IMG/VR virus record: IMGVR_UViG_3300030376_001220
Span: 1-30,943 of that record
DNA: 30,943 nucleotides
DNA from: a virus
Lineage: Duplodnaviria > Caudoviricetes
Reading direction: 5' to 3' (one strand)
The notes below the pieces were generated by a model, which made no database searches, was not told the DNA's origin, and saw nothing but the letters and a program-made list of their open reading frames with translations. A program made the translations under genes and the position numbers. Shown here piece by piece: positions 8,493 to 16,528 of the stretch (position 1 is the first letter of the stretch; every line of letters starts with the position of its first letter).

Positions 8493-8924
8493 TTAGAACG
8501 GAATCTCATCGTCAACTGTTTCGTCTACCTTGGGGGATTTATTATTACCCTTGGCAGATGTTGAGTCAACTGCTTTTGAGTTGATGAGCCTGAAAGTAGA
8601 AGACACACCAGCTAGTTTGATTTTGAAAGCAGTCATTTTCTGACCATCTTTCTCATAGGACTCAACGATTGGAAAACCCTGTACAAATACTGTAGTACCA
8701 GCTTGTACATACTTTTCTATGACGTTGGACACAAGACCTTTTCCGTTCTTGCCGTCCCAAGCCTCACATCTATACCAATGAGTATTTTCTACTTTCTCAC
8801 CAGCATTGTTTGTGTAGCCTTCGTTGACTGCAATAGAGAAGTTAGCAACCTTAGTGCCATTGACTTCTTTTATTTCAGGTAGTTGTCCAATGTTACCTGA
8901 TACCATGATTTGAGCAATGTTCAT
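8493..8924 (-). CDS. ssb: Single-stranded DNA-binding protein
   Basis: OB-fold motifs (GNIG..PE, NFSIAVN, THWYRCEAW) and acidic C-tail DDEIPF; AAGGAG RBS. Confidence 0.95.
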   Translation of the reverse strand: MNIAQIMVSGNIGQLPEIKEVNGTKVANFSIAVNEGYTNNAGEKVENTHWYRCEAWDGKNGKGLVSNVIEKYVQAGTTVFVQGFPIVESYEKDGQKMTAFKIKLAGVSSTFRLINSKAVDSTSAKGNNKSPKVDETVDDEIPF

Positions 8925-9101
8925 CTGTTTCTCCTTTACGTTAAGATGATTGTTAAATCAGAACCTGTTTAGATTCTAATGCCAATAGCCCTTGGCTTTT
9001 TAGACCAAAGGCTAAAGGACTTGACTAGTAAGAGGATTAGGGGCATCACCTCTAAGTTGTACATACCATCTTGTCGACCAGACTGTACATCATTATCAAG
9101 A

Positions 9102-9386
9102 TTATTTGGGGGGAACATTAACCCATCTAACCTTGAATCCTTTCCTTATTGGCTTTTCATACCCTATTGTCTTCTTGAGTATAAAAAGAACTATTGAGAT
9201 AATTGCACCACCAAGAATAGCTGCCATCATACCAGCAAAAGTACCAGCAAACATAACTATCAAGGCGATTGAGGCTCCAATGTCTACTGCAATATCAAAA
9301 CATAGAACCTTTTTCATATCGAGTTTGGCTAACATAAAGAGTATAGCTACAGCTGATGCGACACCAGCTATCAAATAGAATAACAT
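9102..9386 (-). CDS. Small three-TM membrane protein
   Basis: AGGAGGT RBS; three hydrophobic segments and a basic tail. Confidence 0.75.
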   Translation of the reverse strand: MLFYLIAGVASAVAILFMLAKLDMKKVLCFDIAVDIGASIALIVMFAGTFAGMMAAILGGAIISIVLFILKKTIGYEKPIRKGFKVRWVNVPPK

Positions 9387-9521
9387 TTGAACCTCCTTTT
9401 TTATTTAAATTCACTTTGGCTTTCTGAGGCGATAAAGAGTGAAAAATGGTTGGGATTAGCTTTGTTGTTCCCTCTATGCTCTGACTTAGGGAGATCAAAG
9501 AGGGAACGTCTTTGAAAGATT

Positions 9522-9710
9522 TTAGAGGGTCGATCCCTCTAAATAATCTTTACTAGGCTTTTTATATATTCTCTTGAAGAGTGGAATAAGATCATACTGT
9601 ATTATATGCATAACACCTCCGACTCCAGACAAGACTGTAACGAATAAAAGTAAAAAGAAGGCTATAGGAAAGAAAGCCAAGATTGATAAGTTTATAAAAA
9701 ATAGTTTCAT
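9522..9710 (-). CDS. Small membrane protein (62 aa)
   Basis: Long hydrophobic N-half; ATG 9710 follows GGAG (the track starts at TTG 9722). Confidence 0.6.
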   Translation of the reverse strand: MKLFFINLSILAFFPIAFFLLLFVTVLSGVGGVMHIIQYDLIPLFKRIYKKPSKDYLEGSTL

Positions 9711-9787
9711 AATATGCTCCAATTAATAGTTGGGTGTAAGGGAGGTATCTACCAATTACAGGATTGACCTCACACCCAGGGGATTAG

Positions 9788-10561
9788 TTACTCAAGATCT
9801 TCTGGCATCTCCAATATGCCATCTTGATTGCTGATATCCAGCATAAGCTCATCATGCTTAGATGAGATAGGATAGACCTTAGATCGGTCAGATTGTAAGT
9901 CATCATATACATCACGACTGTTGACAAGAGTATCAAGTGTCATCTTCTCATTACGTTTCTGCATACGCTTGACCTTGGCAAACTCATGAAGCTGAGTGTA
10001 TTTGCCGAAGCTGATACCAGTCTGACCTTGAATGATAGGTCTGAAGTTGTTCAGCAATGTCTTGAATGCATGATTGATAGATGCATACTGCTTACGCATT
10101 TGATCTAGCTTGGCATCATGATCTTCTAGCTTGTTGCCTGTTATCTCAATGCCAACATCTTGACGAACCAAGACCTGACGTTGACGTTGCATCTTCTCTG
10201 CTTGTTCAAGAACTGAATCTCTCATCTTCTCAAACATACGAGGTAGCTGATCTTGTAGCTTGGCTTTGACAATAACCTCATCACCATCTTCAAACATCTC
10301 AGCAAGTGCCAATGCACGTTTGACAAACTCTTGCTCCCATTCTACGTCGTATGATGACTTGGGTTTGAATGCCTTGGCAACATTGTCAAGTTGCTCTGCT
10401 GTCATAGCATCAAGCTCTTGCTTTGCCTTGTTCTGATCTGGTGTACGATTCTCATACTGCCATTCTGCAAGTGCAATGTTAGCTTGTGTCAGATGTGGCA
10501 TATTCAATCTCTTACGCATCTGATCTGATTTCTCTTTTGATATATTTATATATTGTACCAT
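9788..10561 (-). CDS. Helical/coiled-coil early protein (257 aa)
   Basis: Start moved to ATG 10561 after GAAAGGAA; acidic C-tail. Confidence 0.8.
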   Translation of the reverse strand: MVQYINISKEKSDQMRKRLNMPHLTQANIALAEWQYENRTPDQNKAKQELDAMTAEQLDNVAKAFKPKSSYDVEWEQEFVKRALALAEMFEDGDEVIVKAKLQDQLPRMFEKMRDSVLEQAEKMQRQRQVLVRQDVGIEITGNKLEDHDAKLDQMRKQYASINHAFKTLLNNFRPIIQGQTGISFGKYTQLHEFAKVKRMQKRNEKMTLDTLVNSRDVYDDLQSDRSKVYPISSKHDELMLDISNQDGILEMPEDLE

Positions 10562-10625
10562 TGTAATGTTCCTTTCATGGTAGTTAAGGGGATATATAAT
10601 TATACCCCCTGTAATATTGGCTTTC

Positions 10626-10868
10626 TTAGTTGCCCATGTCATACTTGATTGTTAGTAATTCATGAGCCCTTTGCTCATCACCAGCTTCAATAGCTTTTTG
10701 TATATCCCAATCTAATTGGCTAGATGGCATAGGATCTGACCTGAATGGCAACCTGAACTCAGGTGGATCAAGTAGATCAACTGTTGAAGTATTTTGATAT
10801 GACACCATATTATCTAAAATCTCTAGATCACTTGGTTGGCTTTTATTAAATAGATTGAGCTGTTTCAT
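10626..10868 (-). CDS. First gene of the early arm, hypothetical (80 aa)
   Basis: GAAAGGAA RBS; N-terminal QLNLF resembles a beta-clamp-binding motif. Confidence 0.7.
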   Translation of the reverse strand: MKQLNLFNKSQPSDLEILDNMVSYQNTSTVDLLDPPEFRLPFRSDPMPSSQLDWDIQKAIEAGDEQRAHELLTIKYDMGN

Positions 10869-10889
10869 TGTAACATTCCTTTCAACTAA

Positions 10890-11400
10890 CTCCTCCTACG
10901 GAATTGTAGGATTACGATGGACACGGCTTATCGGAAAGGTTCTGTCAATTACCGAAGTGGAAGAAAATCGTCTTTGTCGACGACCACTTAGGAGGAGCTA
11001 TTTTCTGGGAACGTAGCCGTCAGGACTCCAACTTGTTGGAGGGTGATTTACAGGTTCTCGGGAGATAGGCCCAACTGGAGGTTATCATATAATTTCCGTA
11101 GTAGTAGTCGTCGACGATTAGTCGACTCATTATGTTTGGGCTACCCTTTTATAAAGGGTTGATATAATGAAGCCACGGCTTTTGTTAATACGATCATATC
11201 CACAAGGCTATGAAAAGAACGAGATGTAACATAGGGAATCTTACGTAGTGAGATGAGTGGAGTGGAATCTTGTTCTAAGTATTATCAAAAACGGACTGGA
11301 GTTATATTCTAGCCCAGATCGTTACCCGAATGGGCCGACACAACTTAGTGTCGGTGAGGTTAGGAGTTCACTCCTTAGCGAATAGAGCTGGATAAAGCTA
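10890..11400 (+). other. Large multi-domain structured non-coding element (candidate ssDNA origin/promoter cluster or ncRNA)
   Basis: More than a dozen nested inverted repeats with G-T pairs on the + strand; no ORF; lies between divergent arms. Confidence 0.7.
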
Positions 11401-11419
11401 CTAATAACAATGACTTATA

Positions 11420-11458
11420 AATGTGAATTGACAGACATATTACTAGTATGGTTATACT
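11420..11458 (+). promoter_or_regulatory. Late promoter box 1 (AATGTGAA-TTGACA...TATACT) upstream of terS
   Basis: TTGACA 11428-11433, TATACT 11453-11458 (19-nt spacer); motif repeated at three other intergenic sites. Confidence 0.6.
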
Positions 11459-11486
11459 CTCGTAGAGAAACTAAAAGAGCTGCCTT

Positions 11487-11918
11487 ATGAAAGCAAATAA
11501 CGAACAACAAGAACGATACAGTAGATCAATAGTTCCGATGGAAGACATACAGAAGAACAGCCAAGTACTCTTACCTAATCATACACAAGTAACTGAAGCA
11601 CAAGCTGAATTAGTACACGCAATGTTGCATGATGGTTGCAACCCAACAGAAGGTGCAAAGAGGTTGGGTAGGAATAAAGCATGGGCTTACAAAACCATTG
11701 CAAAACAACACGTTGTGGAATATAGACAACAAATAGCAATGAGTTGTTTAGGTTGGGACGCAACACAAGCATTGGCAACTATGAGAGATCTGTTGAATGC
11801 TAAGTCATCTCATGTACGATTGGAAGCAAGTAGAGATCTGATGGATCGTGCTGGTCTGAGAGTAGATGCACCTAGACAGAGCAATACTTCTGTAAATATA
11901 AACTTCAATGTTGACTGA
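11487..11918 (+). CDS. Terminase small subunit (probable)
   Basis: N-terminal HTH, ALATMRDLL..SSHVRLEASRDLMDRAG motif, C-terminal beta strand VNINFNVD; upstream of TerL. Confidence 0.75.
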   Translation: MKANNEQQERYSRSIVPMEDIQKNSQVLLPNHTQVTEAQAELVHAMLHDGCNPTEGAKRLGRNKAWAYKTIAKQHVVEYRQQIAMSCLGWDATQALATMRDLLNAKSSHVRLEASRDLMDRAGLRVDAPRQSNTSVNINFNVD

Positions 11919-12006
11919 GGGGCCCCACGGCATACACGTCACTATAGACATACGGCTTGAAATTATAGATGCTGACACTATAACAGGTAAACCACACTCA
12001 TGATAT

Positions 12007-12020
12007 AATGTGAAAAGACA
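12007..12020 (+). promoter_or_regulatory. Late promoter box 2 (AATGTGAAAAGACA)
   Basis: Intergenic copy of the conserved motif followed by an AT-rich stretch. Confidence 0.5.
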
Positions 12021-12073
12021 AATACTAAAAAATAATTTTATATAAATAAAGCCAAAAACACAAGGAGATAAAT

Positions 12074-12757
12074 ATGGGTGGAAGTTCAAGTGATTCAGGA
12101 GGATCAAGCAATCTTGAAAGCCTAAGGTCAAGAGATAGAGCAATGGCAGAGGCAACCAATCGTGCCAAAGCAGAACAGGAAGCTAAATCAAGACAAAGCA
12201 GTTTTGATGATTATCAGCAACAACGTAGTGCAGCTTCTCAGGGTATAGATGTAATGATAAGTCCTCAGAAAGCTAAGACAGTTAGAGAAAATGCAGGTCT
12301 TGCTATGATGCTAGATGAAAGGGCTAAGACATCTCAAATAAAAGTTCCCATTCCTACATTGGGTACAGTTGCTATGGGTACTATTAGTTCTATTAGTTCA
12401 AAGCAACAAGCAAGGGCATTAAGGTCAGGTGGAATACCAGTTTATGATAGTAGTTCTTCTATGTTTGATGCTGATAAAGATTATAGAGGGGTTGTAAAAG
12501 ATGGTCGTTTTTCAGGTGATCCTTCTTTTAGTCCTATAGGTAGAAGTGAGGGTGTAACGAGAACTGAGTCAGGATCTTATTCTGTTTCTGCTAAGTCTGA
12601 TGATGGTGGCAATGACAGTCCTACAGAAGAGATAATATCTCCATCTCCAAAAGACATGACAACACCGAAGCCAAAAGCTCCATCTATATCTACTGCATCA
12701 AGAAGAGCATTGATATCAGGTGCTGGTGGTGGTGCATTAAGAAGAAATCTTTTATGA
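12074..12757 (+). CDS. Ser/Gly-rich low-complexity protein, probable virion/ejection protein
   Basis: AAGGAG RBS; MGGSSS N-terminus; C-terminal SRRALISG...RRNLL; ATGA-coupled to TerL. Confidence 0.75.
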   Translation: MGGSSSDSGGSSNLESLRSRDRAMAEATNRAKAEQEAKSRQSSFDDYQQQRSAASQGIDVMISPQKAKTVRENAGLAMMLDERAKTSQIKVPIPTLGTVAMGTISSISSKQQARALRSGGIPVYDSSSSMFDADKDYRGVVKDGRFSGDPSFSPIGRSEGVTRTESGSYSVSAKSDDGGNDSPTEEIISPSPKDMTTPKPKAPSISTASRRALISGAGGGALRRNLL

Positions 12758-14304
12758 AACTAGACTACAAACCCCCAGGGGCAGTAGCAAAAGCATTTAT
12801 GAAAGATGGTTCTTTTGTACGTGGTATAAGAGGGCCAGTCGGAAGTGGGAAATCTGTTACTTGTTGTATGGAAATAATGAGGAGATCAGTTGCCCAACAG
12901 CCCAATGATCAAGGTGTAAGAAAGAGTCGTTGGGTTATTATTAGAAACACAAATCCACAACTTAAAACTACAACTATCAAAACATGGAGAGATTGGTTTG
13001 ACGATAGTTTGGGTCGTTTTGTGTGGTCACCACCATATACACATAATGTATGTTTTGCTCTTGGAGATAAGACTACAGTAGAGCTAGAGGTAATATTTTT
13101 AGCTTTGGACAAGACTGAAGATGTAAAAAAGCTATTATCTTTAGAGTTAACTGGTGTTTGGGTAAATGAAGCTAGAGAGATAAATAAAAATATAATAGAT
13201 GCTTGCACTATGCGTGTAGGTAGATATCCATCAATGAGGGAGGGTGGCCCATCTTGGTATGGTGTTATTATGGATACTAATGCTCCAAGTGAAGATCACT
13301 GGTGGGGAATTGTAGCTGGTGAAGTACCAATACCTGAGTACATGACACAAGAAGAAAAGCTGCTTATGGTCAAGCCTGACGATTGGAATTTCTTTTCACA
13401 ACCATCTGCTATGTTTGAGAAAAAAGATGTACATGGCAATTTATCAGGATATGAAGCTAATTTACAATCTGAGAACAGGGTAAACTTACAAAATGAATAT
13501 TATGACAAGATAATTTTGGGTAAAGCTCCTTCTTGGGTAAAAGTATATGTATTAAATGAATACCAAGCCTTATTAGATGGTAAGCCAGTTTATCCTACAT
13601 TCAGAAGAGATACTCATGTTTCTAATGAGCCATTAGTGCCATCAGAAACCAGCGATGTAATTGTTGGCATTGACTTTGGTAGATCCCCATCAGCTGTCTT
13701 TTGTCAGCAGTTGCATTCTGGAAAATGGATTATATTCCATGAGATAATTGGCAAAGACATGGGTGCTATAAGATTTGCAGATATATTGAAAAAAGAAATA
13801 TCTAAAAACCAATGGGATAAGCACACATATAAATTTATTGGTGACCCAGCTGGTAATCAAATGGCACAGACTTCTGAGCATACACCATTTATGATGTTGC
13901 GAGCATCAGGGATTAATGCTTATCCAGCACCTACAAATGATATATCTATAAGAGTAGAGGCAGTTGAATCTGTAATAAATAGAATGACAGATGGTTTTCC
14001 ATCTCTTACAGTTAGCCCTACTTGCACTAATTTGATATCAGGGTTTGAGGGTGGTTATCAATTTAAGAGAATGTACTATATGGGATCAGAAAGATATGAA
14101 GAAAGACCTGATAAAAACAGATTTTCACATTGCCATGATGCATTACAATATGCTTTCTTAGGAGGAGGTGAGGGTCGAAAGGTAATGTTAGGTGGTCAAA
14201 GAGCAGCTACTGCGACTGTTGTTGAAAGAACAAGTAATCCGTTTGATAGAATGAAACGAAGAAATAATAAAAATAGTAGATTTGGAAGGCAAATGGCTAG
14301 ATGA
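12754..14304 (+). CDS. Terminase large subunit
   Basis: Walker A GPVGSGKS, Walker B VWVNEARE, nuclease motifs GIDFG, GDPAG, HCHDALQY. Confidence 0.95.
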   Translation: MKLDYKPPGAVAKAFMKDGSFVRGIRGPVGSGKSVTCCMEIMRRSVAQQPNDQGVRKSRWVIIRNTNPQLKTTTIKTWRDWFDDSLGRFVWSPPYTHNVCFALGDKTTVELEVIFLALDKTEDVKKLLSLELTGVWVNEAREINKNIIDACTMRVGRYPSMREGGPSWYGVIMDTNAPSEDHWWGIVAGEVPIPEYMTQEEKLLMVKPDDWNFFSQPSAMFEKKDVHGNLSGYEANLQSENRVNLQNEYYDKIILGKAPSWVKVYVLNEYQALLDGKPVYPTFRRDTHVSNEPLVPSETSDVIVGIDFGRSPSAVFCQQLHSGKWIIFHEIIGKDMGAIRFADILKKEISKNQWDKHTYKFIGDPAGNQMAQTSEHTPFMMLRASGINAYPAPTNDISIRVEAVESVINRMTDGFPSLTVSPTCTNLISGFEGGYQFKRMYYMGSERYEERPDKNRFSHCHDALQYAFLGGGEGRKVMLGGQRAATATVVERTSNPFDRMKRRNNKNSRFGRQMAR

Positions 14305-14714
14305 AGTGGATAATTTGCTTTTGTGATAGTAAAAATATAGGTTTATGGAAGCTATTTACCAAATATCGTGCTGGATTTACTCATGTTTATGCTGTTAGAT
14401 ACGATCCTGAGTTAGAATTGTGGCAAAAAGTAGAAATTACTACAAATGGTTTTGATTTTCAGAGTTTAAAAGGTGAAAAAGCTACAGAATTAGTGTTAAA
14501 TATGCATTTATGCAACACTTGTGTAGAGGTAGATGTAAAGGATTATCCTATTTACATACCAAGATTGTTTTATTGTGTTAGTTTTATAAAGCATCTGTGC
14601 AATGTTCGTAAGTTTTGGATCTGGACACCTTATCAGTTGTATTGTGAATTGCTAAAAAGAAAAGGTTCAATAATATTTGAATCAAAAGATTTATTGGAGT
14701 CATCAAATGGGTAG
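14301..14714 (+). CDS. Small permuted papain-like (NlpC/P60, YiiX/LRAT-type) protein
   Basis: His (GFTHVY) precedes Cys (FYCVSF), then TPYQLY. Confidence 0.55.
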   Translation: MKWIICFCDSKNIGLWKLFTKYRAGFTHVYAVRYDPELELWQKVEITTNGFDFQSLKGEKATELVLNMHLCNTCVEVDVKDYPIYIPRLFYCVSFIKHLCNVRKFWIWTPYQLYCELLKRKGSIIFESKDLLESSNG

Positions 14715-14955
14715 TCTATTTTCAACACCAAGAGTTGCACCTGATCCTGAATTAGCCAAGCAAAAAGCAGAACAAGAACGAATTAACAAAGAAGCTGCTG
14801 CTGATCAGAAGTTTCAACGTGAAGAAAAGGTAAGAAAGTTAGCAAGTAATAAAATTGGACAAAAATCTCTACAAGACGAAGATGTAGAAGGTTTTACTGG
14901 ATATAGACGTAATCTTACCAAGTCTAAAACTATGGGAGGAAGCTACAATGCGTAG
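14707..14955 (+). CDS. Small virion assembly/ejection protein (positional analogue of T7 gp6.7/7.3)
   Basis: ATG 14707 after GGAG; MGSLFSTP start, coiled coil; directly before the portal gene. Confidence 0.7.
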   Translation: MGSLFSTPRVAPDPELAKQKAEQERINKEAAADQKFQREEKVRKLASNKIGQKSLQDEDVEGFTGYRRNLTKSKTMGGSYNA

Positions 14956-16528
14956 TGAATATGGTGGAGATTCAGGCAAAGCACCAGCTGGTGGTCAATC
15001 TGGAGATCGTGCCGAATACCAAAAAGTAATGAATCGATTCAAAAAAGCCAAAGGTAGATGGCAGAATTGGTCTGATATATGGGAAGAGATATATGATTAT
15101 GTATTACCACATAGAGAAAGTTTTTTCGGTGAGTATGCTGGTCAAAGACGAACTGAGAATATTTATGATGAAACAGCAGTAACTGGACTCCCTAGATTTG
15201 CCTCAAGACTTCAGCTTGGCTTTTTTCCTCCAAATGGTCGAGCATTTAAACTAGCCCCAGGCCCTGAGTACCCAGCAGAGAGCATCAACTCTCAGCTATT
15301 GAAAGAACTTGATGATATTACGGAACTACTACATGAAGGGCTAAGAAATAGTAATTTCAATTCCGAGTTTCATGAAGGTCTTCAAGATTTAGGTATAGGT
15401 ACGATGAATATGCTTGTTGAATCAGGACGTTTTACAGGCGATCTCCATTTTACTGCTGTACCACCAAATAACGTGGCACTTTTATCAGGTGCTATGGATC
15501 AAGTGACTGATTGGTTTCGATGGAATTACGACTGTGAAATTACAGATGTAAAGCATAGATATCCTGATGCAAAGTTTAGTAAGGACATGGAGCTTGTACA
15601 ACAAAGAGATCCACATAGAAAGACTAGAATAATTGAAGCAACTATGTTTGATAGTGATGATAAATTTAAAGATGAATATACTTATTTTCTTTTATCAGAA
15701 ACAGACAACCATATTTTACAAAAGACTAAGTTAAAAGGCAAAGGATCACTACCTTGGTTGACAACAAGATGGTCTAAAAGTGGTATGGAAGTTTGGGGAA
15801 GAGGCCCAGTATTACAAGCTATGCCAGCAATTAAAACTTTAAACCTAACTGTGCAGCTTATTCTTGAGAATGCAGAAATGGCAATAGGTGGTGCATATGT
15901 ATATGATGATGATGGTGTATTCAATCCTGATAATATTACAATACAGCCTGGGACATTTATACCAAGAAGCCCAGGGAGTTCATTAGAATCTTTACAAAGC
16001 CCAGCACGTTTTGATGTTGGTCAATTAATATTGGAGGATATGAGAAGAAATGTCAGGAAGGCTATGTATATTGATGAACTCGATTCAAGAGCAAATGCGA
16101 AGACACCATTGTCAGCAACAGAAGTTTCAGAAAGGCTTGCTGACGTGGCAAGAGATATGGGAGCAGTCGCAGGGAGAATGCAGAAAGAATTTTTGCACCC
16201 ATTGGTTGAAAGGATCGTACATATATATTCAGAGCAAGGTATCTTGGATATACCGAAAGTTGATGGTAGGGAAATAAGAATAGTACCAGTATCACCATTG
16301 CTAAGGGCTCAAGATCAACAAGATGTTGCTGATTTTGTCAGATTTCAACAAACTATAGCTGGAACATTTGGGCCTGACATAACACCAGCATTGTATAATC
16401 AAGAAAAAGTAATACAATATTTAGCATCAAAGTTTGGTGTTAAAGAAGAACTATTGGCTAGTAGAGATGAAGTACAAGGGAACATTGACATGGCATTACA
16501 ACTAATGCAACAACAACGAGGACAATAA
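14948..16528 (+). CDS. Portal (head-tail connector) protein
   Basis: 526 aa; WEEIYDYVLP, IYDETA, RWSK..EVWGRGP, SATEV, VSPLLRAQ motifs. Confidence 0.95.
   Translation: MRSEYGGDSGKAPAGGQSGDRAEYQKVMNRFKKAKGRWQNWSDIWEEIYDYVLPHRESFFGEYAGQRRTENIYDETAVTGLPRFASRLQLGFFPPNGRAFKLAPGPEYPAESINSQLLKELDDITELLHEGLRNSNFNSEFHEGLQDLGIGTMNMLVESGRFTGDLHFTAVPPNNVALLSGAMDQVTDWFRWNYDCEITDVKHRYPDAKFSKDMELVQQRDPHRKTRIIEATMFDSDDKFKDEYTYFLLSETDNHILQKTKLKGKGSLPWLTTRWSKSGMEVWGRGPVLQAMPAIKTLNLTVQLILENAEMAIGGAYVYDDDGVFNPDNITIQPGTFIPRSPGSSLESLQSPARFDVGQLILEDMRRNVRKAMYIDELDSRANAKTPLSATEVSERLADVARDMGAVAGRMQKEFLHPLVERIVHIYSEQGILDIPKVDGREIRIVPVSPLLRAQDQQDVADFVRFQQTIAGTFGPDITPALYNQEKVIQYLASKFGVKEELLASRDEVQGNIDMALQLMQQQRGQ

Noticed and set aside
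10562-10642. 27-aa N-terminal extension of the 284-aa ORF
   Set aside because: ATG 10561 has the strong RBS shared with gene 1, and the extension spans an intergenic hairpin
11420-11441. CRP/FNR-type palindromic site (TGTGA-N6-TCACA)
   Set aside because: Only the TGTGA half is conserved in the four boxes; the second half-site is absent
10869-11486. tRNA, CRISPR array or known riboswitch in the divergence region
   Set aside because: No T-loop/anticodon cloverleaf or CCA end, no repeat-spacer periodicity, no motif I recognise
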